A stretch of DNA of 64,000 bases from the NCBI GenBank assembly GCA_036785375.1, contig JAWMAR010000666.1:496001-560000 (forward strand). Direction: 5' to 3'. The position numbers were made by a program, and so were the translations under genes. The notes under the pieces are model-generated. The model ran no database searches. It saw only the letters and a list, made by a program, of their open reading frames with translations, and was not told the origin of the DNA. The stretch comes from Leucoraja ocellata. Lineage: Eukaryota. Below are positions 1 through 13,294 of the stretch, piece by piece. How positions within the stretch are numbered: the first letter of the stretch is position 1; each line of letters starts with the position of its first letter.

Positions 1-16
1 TTTTATAATCTGACAT

Positions 17-740
17 GATACTGACAATAATCTGCCTTCCTCTTATTGCCACCAAAGTGAATAACCTCACATTTATCCACATTGTACTGCATCTGCCATG
101 CGTCTGCCCACTCACTCAACCTATCCAAGTCACCCTGCACCCTTATATCATCCTCATCGCAGCTCGCACTGCCACCCAGCTTTGTGTCGTCTGTAAACTT
201 GAAGATGTCACATTTAATTCCCTCGTCTAAATCATTTATATACATTGTAAATAACTGGGGTCCCAGCACCGAGCCTTGCGGCACCCCATTAGCCAGTGCC
301 TGCCATTCTGAAAAGAACCCATTAATTCCTACTCTATACTTCTTGTCTGCCAACCAGTTCTCTATCCATGTCAATACCCTACCCCCAATACCATGTGCTC
401 TAATTTTGCACTGATCTCTTGTGTTGGATCTTGTCAAAAGCTTTGTGAAAGTCCAGATACACCAGATCTACTGGCTCTCCCTTATCCATTCTACTTGTTA
501 CATCCTCAAAAAATACCAGAAGATTAGTCAAGCATGATTTCCCCTTCATAAATCCATGCTGACTTTGACTGATCCAGTCACTGCTTTCCAAAAGGGTTGC
601 TATAACATCTTTAACAATCGACTCCAGCATCTTCCCCACTACCGATGTAAGGCTAACTGGGCTATAATTCCCCATTTTCCCTCTCCCTCCTTTCTTAAAA
701 AGTGGCTCCCCTCCAGTCCACCGGAACTGATCCAGATTTG
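17..740 (-). mobile_element. CR1-type LINE ORF2 (reverse transcriptase) fragment, degenerate
   Basis: ORFs 3-437 and 400-675 carry CR1 RT motifs (GNYSPVSLTS, QHGFMKGKSCLTNL, YLDFHKAFDK, GVPQGSVLGP, FTDDTKL) split by a frameshift. Confidence 0.9.
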
Positions 741-859
741 AGCGAACATTGGAGACCCTTCTTCCAACTGCGAGTCAGGGGAGAAGGAAATGAGAGATAA
801 GGAAGGGTGAGGTGTGAAAACGAGAGATAAAATGAGATGCAGTTCAAGGAAAATGTAGA

Positions 860-1712
860 ATAGACAATAGACAATGACAATAGGTGCAGGAGTAGGCCAT
901 TTGGCCCTTCGAGCCTGCACTGCCATTCAATATGATCATAGCTGATCATCCCCAATCATTACCCCGTTCCTGCATTCTCCCCATATCCCCCGACTCCGCT
1001 ATCTTGAAGATGCCTAAATAACTCTCTCTTGAAAGTATCCAGAGAACTGGCCTCCACTGCCCTCTGAGGCAGAGAATTCCACAGACTCACCACTCTCTGT
1101 GAGAAAAAGTGTTTCATCGGCTCCATTCTAAATGGCCGACACCTTATTCTTAAACTGTAGCCCTTGGTTCTGCACTCCCCCAACATCGGGAACATGTTTC
1201 CTGCCTCTAGCGTGTTCAAATCCTTAACAATCTATTATGTTTCAATGAGATACCCTCTCATCCTTCTAAACTCCAGAGTGTACAAGCCCAGCTGTTCCAT
1301 TCTCTCAGCATATGACAGTCCCGCCATCCTGGGAATTAACCTGGTGAACCTACGCTGCACTACCTCAATGGCAAGATTGTCCTTCCTCAAATTAAGGGAC
1401 CAAAACTGCACACAATACGCCAAGTGTGGTCTCACTAGGGCCTTGTACAACTGCAGAAAGACCTCTTTGCTCCTATATTCGACTCCTCTTGTTATATAGG
1501 CCAACATGTCATTGGCTTTCTTCACTGCCTGCTGTACCTGCATGCTTACTTTCAGGGACTGATGAACAAGGACCCACAGACCCTGTTGTACTTCCCCTTT
1601 TCCCAACTTGACACCATTCAGATAATAATCTGCCTTCCTGTTTTTGCTACCAAAGTGGATAACCTCACATTTATCCACATTAAACTGCATCTGCCATGCA
1701 TCTGCCCCCTCC
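860..1712 (-). mobile_element. CR1-type LINE 3' fragment
   Basis: WQMQFNVDKC...LVRPHLAYCVQFW...RTKGYSL motifs followed by a CR1-type 3' UTR. Confidence 0.85.
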
Positions 1713-1849
1713 CCCAACCTGTCCTGTTATTTCTGGAGACTTCTGTAGCTTTTCTGCACTCTCTTTCCCTTTAACTCCACCCTTACACTTCCAATTTGTT
1801 ACTCTCCACACCCCACTATTTGGTTTGAAGCTCTGTCTACCGCCCTGGC

Positions 1850-2422
1850 TATAGACTATAGGTACAGGAGTAGGCCATTCGGCCCTTCGAGCCAGCACCG
1901 CCATTCAATGTGATCATGGCTGATCATCCACAATCAGTACCCTGTTCCTGCCTTCTCCCCATATCCCCTGACTCCGCTATCATTAAGAGCTCTATCGAAC
2001 TCTCTCTTGAAAGCATCCAGAGAATTGGCCTCCACTGCCTTCCGTGGCAGAGAATTCCACAGACTCACAACTCTCTGGGTGAAAACGTTTTTCCTCATCT
2101 CCGTTCTAAATGGCCTAACCCTTATTCTTAAACTGTGGCCCTTGGTTCTGGACTCCCCCAACATCGGAACATGTTTTCTGCCTCTAGCGTGTCCAATCCC
2201 TTAATAATAATGTTTCAATAAGATCCCCTCTCATTCTTCTAAATTCCAGTGAATACAAGCCCAGCCGCTCCATTCTCTCAGCATATGACAGTCCCGCCAT
2301 CCCGGGAATTAACCTGGTGAACCTACGCTGCACTCCCTCCATAGCAAGAATGTCCTTCCTCAAATTTGGAGACCAAAACTGCACACAATACTCGAGGTGT
2401 GGTGTCACCAGGGCCCTGTACC
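1850..2422 (-). mobile_element. CR1-type LINE 3' fragment
   Basis: [20 protein letters not shown]...RTKGHSL...FTQRVVSLWNSLP and the same 3' UTR. Confidence 0.85.
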
Positions 2423-2944
2423 ACTGACATAGTGAGGGAGTAGCTACATGATTTATGAAGAAAAATAATAACATTTGAATTCTATAAATGTCTCTTTATG
2501 AAACATTCTAGATAATTGCTTTAGGAGTGGGTTATTTTATTTTCACTGTTGACTTCATTATCTTGGAAGTGACGTGAATGAGAGTTTTTCCTGTTCAATT
2601 AAAACTGAAAGGACATAAAAAAGCTGTAAGATACCATTGGTTTAAATACATATGTTTTGCTTATTCAGTAAGACTGTACACATTGGGTAATCTGTGTGGA
2701 GCAGCTGAATATTATTATGCCTGTATATAATGAAACAGTTCACTGTTCATTAGATTGGCCACTCGCTAATCCCTTTGTACCAATATTGTCAGAACAGATT
2801 ATTGTATAAAATGCTGCACATTCATATTGGATGTGACTAATGTAGTAACTTGTGATCAAAATCCAGCTCGAGGCCATTTATTCTACAATGGGTATTATTG
2901 CTCTTGTATAACAGATATCATATAGTGATGTGTACAGTTTGCCT

Positions 2945-3727
2945 GGAGTCTGGTCCCAGCCGGGTACAGGTGGAGTCTGGACCCAGCCGGGTACAGGTGG
3001 AGTCTGGTCCCAGCCGGGTACAGGTGGAGTCTGGTCCCAGCCGGGTTGAGTCTGGTCCCAGCCGGGTACAGGTGGAGTCTGGTCCCAGCCGGGTTCAGGT
3101 GGAGTCTGGTCCCAGCCGGGTACAAGTGGAGTCTGGTCCCAGCCGGGTTCAGGTGGAGTCTGGTCCCAGCCGGGTACAGGTGGAGTCTGGTCCCAGCCGG
3201 GTACAGGTGGAGTCTGGTCCCAGCCGGGTACAAGTGGAGTCTGGTCCCAGCCGGGTTCAGGTGGAGTCTGGTCCCAGCCGGGTTCAGGTGGAGTCTGGTC
3301 CCAGCCGGGTACAAGTGGAGTCTGGTCCCAGCCGGGTTCAGGTGGAGTCTGGTCCCAGCCGGGTACAGGTGGAGTCTGGTCCCAGCCGGGTACAAGTGGA
3401 GTCTGGTCCCAGCCGGGTACAGGTGGAGTCTGGTCCCAGCCGGGTTCAGGTGGAGTCTGGTCCCAGCCGGGTTCAGGTGGAGTCTGGTCCCAGCCGGGTA
3501 CAAGTGGAGTCTGGTCCCAGCCGGGTTCAGGTGGAGTCTGGTCCCAGCTGGTTTCAGGTGGAGTCTGGTCCCAGCCGGGTTCAGGTGGAGTCTGGTCCCA
3601 GCCGGGTACAGGTGGAGTCTGGTCCCAGCCGGGTACAGGTGGAGTCTGGTCCCAGCCGGGTTCAGGTGGAGTCTGGTCCCAGCCGGGTTCAGGTGGAGTC
3701 TGGTCCCAGCCGGGTTCAGGTGGAGTC
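2945..3727. repeat. 27-bp minisatellite (about 29 copies, GAGTCTGGTCCCAGCCGGGTWCARGTG)
   Basis: Directly visible; 9-aa periodicity in the ORF track; continues into CR1 ORF1-like sequence at 3728-3935. Confidence 0.95.
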
Positions 3728-4077
3728 CATCCCGTCGGAACAGTTCCCTCCTTCCCCAATACTGGGGCCAACATCCCACAGATTCAAATCCACATCTTCC
3801 ACATCAGTGTTTGATCCATGCGAACAACTCTCTAATCCTCTCAACTCTGTGCCAATTTGCTCTGGGCTCAAGTAGCAATCCAGAGATGATTACCTTCTTG
3901 GTTCTGCTGTACAATTTGGTATCTAGCTGATCAAATTCAGGATTGAACCCAGGTCCCTGGAGCTGTGAAGAGCTGCGTCACTGTGCCCCCCTCTCTTTGT
4001 TCCTTGCTCCCCGCTGTCATTATTTTATGTCCAATTTTATTTGCCGTGTAAATGTGAAATATTCCTGTTTTGTGCAG

Positions 4078-4104
4078 GATACGAGGATGTGGAACGAGAT
4101 TGTG
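4078..4104 (+). CDS. Candidate 27-nt microexon (BTN-type heptad exon of an upstream gene)
   Basis: Strong acceptor (ttcctgttttgtgcAG) and donor (GTAAGT); 27 nt like the pre-B30.2 microexons at 47514 and 50847; phase-1 reading xYEDVERDC is open and in frame with the B30.2 exon at 6662; no similarity to EWKRIQGHK. Confidence 0.35.
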
Positions 4105-4199
4105 GTAAGTACAGGCTGATGTACAATACAATAAAACTCTCTGGTGTGTGTGTTATGACAGCTAAAGCACAGATCATGAATGGTTCAATATAATGTAGA

Positions 4200-5350
4200 A
4201 CTGTACAACACAAGAACAGGCCATTCGGCCCGCAATGTCTGTGCACAACATGGTGCGAAGACCAGCTCTTATCTGCCTGCACATGTTCCATATCCCTCCA
4301 TTCCCTGTATATCCAGGTGTCCGTCTAAAATGCCACTATGGTATTTGCCTCCACCACTACATCCCAGGTACTCCCCACACTGTGAAAAACAACTTGCCTC
4401 ACACACATCCTTTAACCTTTGCCCCTCTCACCTTAAAGTTATGTCCTCGAGTCTTTGATTATTTTCACCCTGGGAAAAAGGTTCTGACTGTCCACCTGTT
4501 CTATGTATGTCATAATTTTATACACTTCTGCCTCAACTACCTCTTCCGACAGCTCGTTCCATAATCCCATCCCCCTTTGTGTAAAAGAGTTCCCTCTCAG
4601 GTTCCTATTGAATCTCCCCCTTACATTAAACCTATAGTTGTTGATTCCCCTACTCTGGGGACGAGACTCTGTTCGTTTACCCGATCTATTCCTCTCACAA
4701 TACTACACACCTCTATACGATCACCCCTCATCCTCCTGCGCTATGAGGAATAAAGTCCTAGCCTGCTCAACCTCTCCCTATAGCTCAAGCCCTCGAGTCC
4801 TGGCAACATCCTCGTCAATCTTATCTGCATCATTTACAGCTTGACAACGTATTTCCTCTAACATGGTGCCTAGAACTGAACACAACTATCCAAATGTGGC
4901 ATCACCAACGTCTTATATATCCGCAGCGTGACCTCCCAACTTCTATACTCAATACTGTGACTGATGAAGGCCAATGTGCTGAAACACTTTATGACTACAC
5001 TATCTACCTGTGACGCCACTTTCAAGGAACTATGTAACTGAACTCCTACATTAAGTTTGTATTTAATAACATCAATCATTCCTCAGCCCATCTGCCCAAC
5101 CGATCAAGATCCTGCTGCAATATTTGACGACCATCTTCACTATCCACAATACCACTCACGTTTGTGTCATCTACAAACTTGCTAATCATGCCATGTACAT
5201 TCTCACCCAGATCATTGATATAAGCACAGAACCGTGAGGCTCACCACTAGTCACAGGCCTCTAGTCCGGTAAACAACCTTCCCTCATCACCCTCTGCTTC
5301 CCTCCATGAAGCCAATGTTCTATCCAATTCACTATCTCTTCTTGGATCCA
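4200..5350 (-). mobile_element. Degenerate CR1-like LINE 3' fragments
   Basis: GVQLHSSLKVASQVD...IEYRSWEV...LVMPHLDSCVQF remnants. Confidence 0.7.
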
Positions 5351-5509
5351 ATGTGCTTCAACCTCCCTCTGTTTCTACGCTTCTCACCCCACCTTCAATT
5401 CTTATCAGTTGCATCATTCTCATCCCTTTGTCTTCAGCTCATCACCTCCAGCCTCACTTCCTGTCTCCACCATTCTCTCCCACACCTGGTCATTCTACCA
5501 ATCACCCCC

Positions 5510-5865
5510 CCCCCCCCCCACTCACCTGAACCCACCTGTCTTGCTCCCCCCCCTCCCCTCACCTGAACCCATCTGTCTTGCTCCACCCCCTCCCCTCACC
5601 TGAACCCACCTGTCTTGCTCCACCACCCCCCCTCCCCTCACCTGAACCCACCTGTCTTGCTCCACCCCCCCCCTCACCTGAACCCACCTGTCTTGCTCCA
5701 CTCCCTCCCCTCACCTGAACCCACCTGTTTTGCTCCACCCCCTCCCCTCACCTGAACCCACCTGTCTTGCTCCACCCCCCCTCACCTGAACCCACGTGTC
5801 TTGCTCCACCCCCCCCCTCCCCTCACCTGAACCCACCTGTCTTGCTCCACCACCTCCCCTCACCT
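5510..5865. repeat. C-rich tandem repeat, about 40-bp unit (CCCCTCACCTGAACCCACCTGTCTTGCTCCAC)
   Basis: Directly visible, about 9 copies. Confidence 0.85.
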
Positions 5866-6661
5866 CTACACAGATGCTGCTCTGCCCAATTTATACACAC
5901 ACTGAGAGAGCATTCCTAGTTTTGCCCGGTAAATGTGTGTATGTTTGTGTGTATGTACACACACTCACACTCTTATACACCCACACTCTCTCACACACAA
6001 GGTCACCGACAAACTNNNNNNNNNNNNNNNNNNNNNNNNNNNNNNNNNNNNNNNNNNNNNNNNNNNNNNNNNNNNNNNNNNNNNNNNNNNNNNNNNNNNN
6101 NNNNNNNNNNNNNNNNNNNNNNNNNNNNNNNNNNNNNNNNNNNNNNNNNNNNNNNNNNNNNNNNNNNNNNNNNNNNNNNNNNNNNNNNNNNNNNNNNNNN
6201 NNNNNNNNNNNNNNNNNNNNNNNNNNNNNNNNNNNNNNNNNNNNNNNNNNNNNCATATGTATATGTATATTACGAGTAAAGTATTTTGCTGTACCCCTTC
6301 CCCTGTCTCTTTCTACGGAGGGGGCAGAGGGAAGCATGAGAATGAAGAAGTGTCCAGACCCTAGACATGTTCTGTCATTTCCTTACACATGTGTTGCCTG
6401 ACCCACAGACTTCCTCCAGCAGTTTGTTTTTATTTCTCACCGTTCACCCGCTTCCCGTCCACTTCCACCCCAATTAGGAAACTCCGTGAAACATGTTTTA
6501 GTCCATGGGATGTTGGTGGGTGGGAAAACGCCGGGATATCGTCCAGTTATCCGCCCGCCTGTGCCTGAGGCCGAGCGGCCTCTCCCCCGGTCCCGGGGCT
6601 GCGCTGCCCGAGACTCCCCCCGACCCCCGGGGACTCTCTGATTCTCTGCTTCTCCCCCCAG

Positions 6662-7194
6662 TCTCCGTCACCCTGGATGTGGAAACAGCGAATCCGGAGC
6701 TCGAGGTGTCTGAGGATCGGAAGAGGGTGAGACGGACCGAGACCGTGAGGAGTCTCCCTGACACCGGGAAGAGGTTTACAGTCTGGCGGTGTGTGCTGGG
6801 ATCGGAGGGATTCACATCGGGGAGACATTACTGGGAGGTGGAGGTGGCGGGGAGTCAGTGGTGGAGTCTGGGAGTCGTCGCAGAGTCTGTGGAGAGGAAG
6901 AGACGGGTCCCACTGAGCCCTGAGACTGGAGTCTGGAGCATCGAGCGGTGGGATGACGAGTTTATTGCATTCACCACCCCTCCATCCCCTCTCCCCGCCC
7001 GTCCCATCCCCGGGAGGGTGGGAGTTTATCTCAGTTACGAGTCCGGGACAGTTTCATTTTACGACGCGGACACCAAGTCCCACCTCCACACCTTCACTGG
7101 GAATAAATTCACGGAGAAACTTTATCCTTTCTTTGGGCCTTGGCATAAAGACCAGTGGCTGAGAATCTGCTCCGGTTCCGCTCCGGGTGTGTAA
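6662..7194 (+). CDS. B30.2 (PRY-SPRY) terminal exon, copy 1, butyrophilin/TRIM-type
   Basis: Acceptor ttctcccccAG at 6660-6661; 533-nt phase-1 exon VSVTLDVETA...GRHYWEVEV...VGVYLSYESG...LYPFF to TAA; AATAAA at 7341-7346. Confidence 0.85.
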
Positions 7195-7394
7195 AAGGGT
7201 CGGGTCCCGGGACCGGTGTCAGGAGCGGAGCTCAGGGGCTGTGGGGCAGAAACCTGGTGGACAACAGGTCGGCGCTGAACGAACGACTCCCAATTAATCC
7301 CCAAATTCCGCGTCGTGAAACAAACCCCAGTGAGCGCGGAAATAAAACCAGGGGGAATGTAAATGTGGCCTTGCCGAGGCAGCATGAAGTGTAG

Positions 7395-7745
7395 ATGTGT
7401 ACAAAATCATGAGAGGAACAGATGGGGTAGATGCACAGAGTCTCTTGCCCAGAGTAGGGGAATCGAGGACTAGAGGACATAGGTTCAAGGTGAAGGAGAT
7501 AAGATATCTGAGGGGTAACTTTTCACACAGAGGGTGGTGGGTGTATGGAACAAGCTGCCAGAGGAGGTAGTTGAGGCTGGGACTATCCAATCGTTTATGC
7601 AACATTTAGACAGGTACATGGATAGGACAGATTTGGAGGGATATGGACCAAGCGCAGGCAAGTGGGACTAGTGTAGATGGGACATGTTGGCCGGTGTGGG
7701 CAAGTTGGGCCGAAGGGCCTGTTTCCATACTGTATCACTCTATGA
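7395..7745 (+). mobile_element. CR1-like LINE 3' end (shared by the B30.2 duplication units, also at about 17075-17430 and 53140-53490)
   Basis: YKIMRG...RTRGHRFKV...FTQRVVGVWNKLP and 3' tail. Confidence 0.75.
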
Positions 7746-7949
7746 CCAAGAGTCAATGGAAGGGGAGGTTGGTTTGCGCGATGGTCTGGGCCGTGTGCAC
7801 AGTTCTCAACTGTCACTCATTCCTACTCTCCATAGATGCTGCCTGTCCCGCTGAGTTACTCCAGCATTCTGTGTCCTTCTTCAATGTAAACCTGCATCTG
7901 CAGTTCCTTCCAACAGATAAAATGCTTTCTGCGGCGCATAGAGTACTAG

Positions 7950-10900
7950 TGTGTTACAGTGTGGAAACAGGCCCTTCGGCCCAACTTGCCCACACTAGCC
8001 AACATGCCCCATCTACACTAGTCACAGAGTGATACAGTGTGGAAACATGCCCTTCGGCCCAACTTGCCCACACTAGCAAACATGTCCCATCTACACTAGT
8101 CACAGAGTAATACAGTGTGGAAACATGCCCTTCGGCCCAACCTCCCCACACCAGCCAACATAGAAACATAGAAACATAGAAATTAGGTGCAGGAGTAGGC
8201 CATTCGGCCCTTCGAGCCTGCACCGCCATTTAATATGATCATGGCTGATCATCCAACTCAGTATCCCGTACCTGCCTTTTCTCCATACCCTCTGATCCCC
8301 TTGGCCACAAGGGCCACATCTAACTCCCTCTTAAATATAGCCAATGAACTGGCCTCAACTACCCTCTGTGGCAGAGAGTTCCAGAGATTCACCACTCTCT
8401 GTGTGAAAAAAGTTCTCCTCATCTCGGTTTTAAAGGATTTCCCCCTTATCCTTAAGCTGTGACCCCTTGTCCTGGACTTCCCCAACATCGGAAACAATCT
8501 TCCTGCATCTAGCCTGTCCAACCCCTTAAGAATTTTGTAAGTTTCTATAAGATCCCCTCTCAATCTCCTAAACTCTAGAGAGTATAAACCAAGTCTATCC
8601 AGTCTTTCTTCATAAGACAGTCCTGACATCCCAGGAATCAGTCTGGTGAACCTTCTCTGCACTCCCTCTATGGCAATAATGTCCTTCCTCAGATTTGGAG
8701 ACCAAAACTGCACGCAATACTCCAGGTGTGGTCTCACCAAGACCCTATACAACTGCAGTAGAACCTCCCTGCTCCTATACTCAAATCCTCTTGCTATGAA
8801 AGCCAACATGCCATTCGCTTTCTTTACTGCCTGCTGCACCTGCATGCCTACCTTCAATGACTGGTGTACCATGACACCCAGGTCTCGCTGCATTCTCCCC
8901 CTTTCCCAATCGGCCACCGTTTAGATAATAATCTGCTTTCCCGTTTTTGCCACCAAAATGGATAACCTCACATTTATCCACATTAAACTGCATCTGCCAA
9001 ACATTTGCCCACTCACCCAGCCTATCCAAGTCACCTTGCAGTCTCCTAGCATCCTCCTCACACCTAACACTGCCCCCCAGCTTAGTGTCATCCGCAAACT
9101 TGGAGATATTGCCTTCAATTCCCTCATCCAGATCATTAATATATATTGTAAATAGCTGGGGTCCCAGTACTGAGCCTTGCGGTACCCCACTAGTCACTGC
9201 CTGCCATTGTGAAAAGGACCCGTTTACTCCTACTCTTTGCTTCCTCTTTGCCAGCCAGTTCTCTACCCACATCAATACTGAACCCCCAATGCCATGTGCT
9301 TTAAGTTTGTATACTAATCTCTTATGTGGGACCTTGTCGAAAGCCTTCTGGAAGTCCAGATACACCACATCCACTGGTTCTCCCCTATCCACGCTACTAG
9401 TTACATCCTCGAAAAATTCTATAAGATTCGTCAGACATGATTTACCTTTCGTAAATCCATGCTGACTTTGTCCAATGATTTCACCACTTTCTAAATGTGC
9501 TGCTATCCCATCTTTAATAACTGACTCTAGCAGTTTCCCCACTACCGATGTTAGGCTAACTGGTCTGTAATTCCCCGTTTTCTCTCTCCCTCCCTTCTTA
9601 AAAAGTGGGGTTACGTTTGCTACCCGCCAATCCTCTGGAACTACTCCAGAATCTAAGGAGTTTTGAAAGATTATTACTAATGCATCCACTATTTCTGGAG
9701 CTACTTCCTTAAGTACTCTGGGATGCAGCCTATCTGGCCCTGGGGATTTATCGGCCTTTAATCCATTCAATTTACCCAACACCACTTCCCGACTAACCTG
9801 GATTTCACTCAATTCCTCCACCTCCTTTGACCCGCGGGCCCCTGCTATTTCCGGCAGATCATTTATGTCTTCCTTAGTGAAGACGGAACCAAAGTAGTTA
9901 TTCAATTGGTCCGCCATATCCTGGTTCCCCATGATCAACTCACCTGTTTCTGACTGCAAGGGACCTACATTTGTTTTAACTAATCTCTTTCTTTTCACAT
10001 ATCTATAAAAACTTTTGCAGTCAGATTTTATGTTCACTGCCAGTTTTCTTTCATAATCCATTTTTCCTTTTCTAATTAAGCCCTTCGTCCTCCTCTGCTG
10101 GTCTCTGAATTTCTCCCAGTCCTCCGGTATGCTGCTTTTTCTGGCTAGTTTGTACGCATCATCCTTTGCTTTGATACTATCCCTGATTTCCCTTGTTATC
10201 CATGGATGCACTACCTTCCCTGATTTATTCTTTTGCCAAACTGGGATGAACAATTTTTGTAGTTCATCCATGCAGTCTTTAAATGCCTTCCATTGCATAT
10301 CCACCGTCAACCCTTTTAGAATTAATTGCCAGTCAATCTTGGCCAATTCACGTCTCATACCCTCAAAGTTACCTTTCTTTAAGTTCAAAACCATTGTTTC
10401 TGAATTAACAATGTCACTCTCCATCCTAATGAAGAACTCAACCATATTATGGTCACTCTTGCCCAAGGGGCCACGCACAACAAGACTACTAACTAACCCT
10501 TCCTCATTGTCCCATGTCCCATCTACACTAGTCACAGAGTAATACAGTGTGGAAACAGGCCCTTCGGCCCTACTTGCCCATACTAGCAAACATGCCCCAT
10601 CTACACTAGTCACAGAGTGATACAGTGTGGAAACAGGCCCTTCGGCCCAACTTGCCCATACTAGCCAACATGTCCCATCTACACTAGTCACAGAGTGATA
10701 CAGTGTGGAAACAGGCCCTTCGGCCCAACTTGCCCATACTAGCCAACAATGTCCCATCTACACTAGCCATAGAGTGATAGTGTGGAAACAGGCCCTTCGG
10801 CCCAACTTGCCCACACCAGCCAACATATCCCATCTACACTAGTCACAGAGTAATACAGAGTGGAAACAGGCCCTTCGGCCCAACTTGCCCATACTAGCCA

Positions 10901-11000
10901 ACAATGTCCCATCTACACTAATCACAGAGTGATACAGTGTGGAAACAGGCCCTTCGGCCCTACTTGCCCACACCGGCCAACATGTCCCATCTACACTAGT
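7950..11000. repeat. About 78-bp tandem array derived from a LINE/SINE 3' tail, split by a CR1 insertion
   Basis: Unit CACAGAGTGATACAGTGTGGAAACAGGCCCTTCGGCCCAACTTGCCC...CATCTACACTAGT at 7950-8160 and 10510-11000; related arrays at about 17630-17856, 34010-34410 and 53700-53925. Confidence 0.85.
8161..10510 (-). mobile_element. Young 5'-truncated CR1 LINE (ORF2 linker, RT and 3' UTR)
   Basis: Long ORFs 8781-10510 and 8258-8917 with all CR1 RT motifs and one frameshift near 8900; (CATAGAAA)n tail at about 8160-8180. Confidence 0.95.
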
Positions 11001-11544
11001 CTCAACAAAGCTCTTGTGGCGACCCCTGGTGGTGAGCCACGCACTGTACATAACCTTCGGCTGTGGATAGACAATAGACAACAGGTGCAGGACCAGGCCA
11101 TTCGGCCCTTCATGTCCTGGTGACCAGAGGTGATGGTCACGGGTGCCCCTGGGGTTATTTAAGGTGGTAATCACACGCGCACACGGGGTGGTGGGTTGTT
11201 ATATATTTTTATTTTTTATTACACAAATACTTTTATTCAAAAACTACAAATAAAGATACATTATTAACACAATCAAAGGCTGCCTATGTTGACAGTTCAT
11301 CAAATTAATATGATGCCAACTTGGTCAACAAACACTCGACCTCCCGCGGCGACCAGCATTCACGGACGGTCTCCAGAGTCCCCGTGGATACCTCGTGTGT
11401 GTTCCCTCTCCACACACTGATGGTAACAACAGTGAGGTGAAGCTGCATCCTTCACTCTGCAACTGTGCTCTCTGCCAGCTTCCATCCATTGCTGTATCCT
11501 CAGCCACTGGTCCCCCTCCTAGACACACACACATACACATATAT

Positions 11545-12422
11545 AGTCAAGTCAAGAGAGTTTATTGTCATGTCTCCCAGATAGGACAATGAAATTCTTG
11601 CTTGCTGTAGCACAACAGAATATAGTAAGCATAAATACAGAACAGTTCAGTGTGTCTATATAGCATAGACCATATATACACACATAAATAAACAGATAAA
11701 GTACAATAGGCTGTTATAGTTCAGAGTTTGTTTGAGTTGAGTTTAATAGCCTGATGGCTGTGGAGAGATGAGTGTGTGGCCAGGATGGTGTGGGTCCTTG
11801 ATGATGCTGCCAGCCTTTTTGAGGCAGCAACTGCGATAGATCCCTTCGATGGTGGGGAGGTCAGAGCCGATGATGTACTGGGCAGTGGTCACAACTTTCT
11901 ACATTCTTTTCCGCTCCTGGACGCTGAAGTTGCCGAACCAAGCCACGATGCAACCGGTCAGCATGCTCTCTAATGTGCACCAGTAGAAGTTAGAGAGATT
12001 CCTCCTTGACAAACCAACTCTCCGTAATCTTCTCAGGAAGTAGAGGCGCTGATGTGCTTTCTTTACAATTGCATCAATGTGCTGGGACCAGGAAAGATCT
12101 TCAGAAATATGCACGCCCAGGAACTTCTTGACTCTTTCCACCATATAAACGGGATTGTGGGTCCCTATCCTACCCCTTCCAAAGCCCACAATCAGTTCCT
12201 TGGTGTTGCTGGTGTTGAGAGCCAGGTTATTGTGCTGGCACCATTTGGTCAATAGGTCGATCTCACTTCTATACTCTTGACTCGTCCCCATCAGTGATTC
12301 GTCCCACAACAGTAGTGTCGTCGGCGAACTTGATGATGGAGTTTGTATTATGTCCGGCTACACAGTCATGAGTATAGAGTGAGTACAGCAGAGGGCTGAG
12401 CACGCAGCCATGAGGTGCTCCC
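11545..12422 (-). mobile_element. Rex1/Babar-type LINE 3' fragment
   Basis: [45 protein letters not shown]; (GACTT)-type tail at about 11545. Confidence 0.85.
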
Positions 12423-13294
12423 GTGTGTGTATACACACGCATACGCATATATATGCAGACANNNNNNNNNNNNNNNNNNNNNNNNNNNNNNNNNNNNNNN
12501 NNNNNNNNNNNNNNNNNNNNNNNNNNNNNNNNNNNNNNNNNNNNNNNNNNNNNNNNNNNNNNNNNNNNNNNNNNNNNNNNNNNNNNNNNNNNNNNNNNNC
12601 ACACACATTTATAGAAACACAAGTAAATATATATATATATACGTACACACAGTCGCACAAACACATATCCACACACACACATAACTATATACACACACAC
12701 AGTCGCACAAACACATATCCACACACACACATAACTATATATACACATAACTATATACACATGCCTCGATCTCATATTCCTTTTGCTTGCATTTGTCTTT
12801 CGCTTGGTTGAAGTGGAAAGGCTGAGCGCCCTCAGAGCCACAGCTCCCCGTCCTGAATCCGCTGTTCCAATTTAAAGATTTAATGGGAATCTGAGAGACA
12901 ACTTTTCCACACAGAGGGTGGTGGGTGGGTGTATGGAACAAGCTGCCGGAGGAGATCCCTGAAGCAGGTACTATAACAACATGTAAAATATATTTGGACA
13001 GATACACGGATAGGAAATGTTTAGCGGGACATGGGGCAAACACAGGCAAACGGGACCAGTGGAGATGGGCAGGCAGGGACAAGTTGGGCCGAAGGGCCTG
13101 TTTCCGTGCTGTGTGACCCTATGACAGATTCAGTGTGAGGTTGTGGATTCTGAGATGAGGATCATGAATGTAAATAAACAACGGGGTGAAAGAAAGAGGG
13201 TGAGAGCAATTGGTTGATAGATTAGCAAAAGGTGACACTGACGGAGAGCGTGGACAAACGACAACTGTTGTACACTTGTGTTTGGGAATATTCT

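Noticed and set aside
2878-3930. ORFs of about 300 aa on both strands
   Set aside because: They are a by-product of a stop-free 27-bp tandem repeat.
6505-6661. N-terminal extension MGCWWVGK... of the B30.2 ORFs (also at 16167, 48941 and 52249) as single-exon genes
   Set aside because: It reads through the polypyrimidine tract and AG acceptor, and the frame is shifted in copy 2, so it is best explained as intron.
7950-11000. CRISPR-like appearance of regularly spaced repeats
   Set aside because: The units are contiguous without unique spacers, the context is eukaryotic, there are no cas genes, and the unit derives from a LINE/SINE tail.
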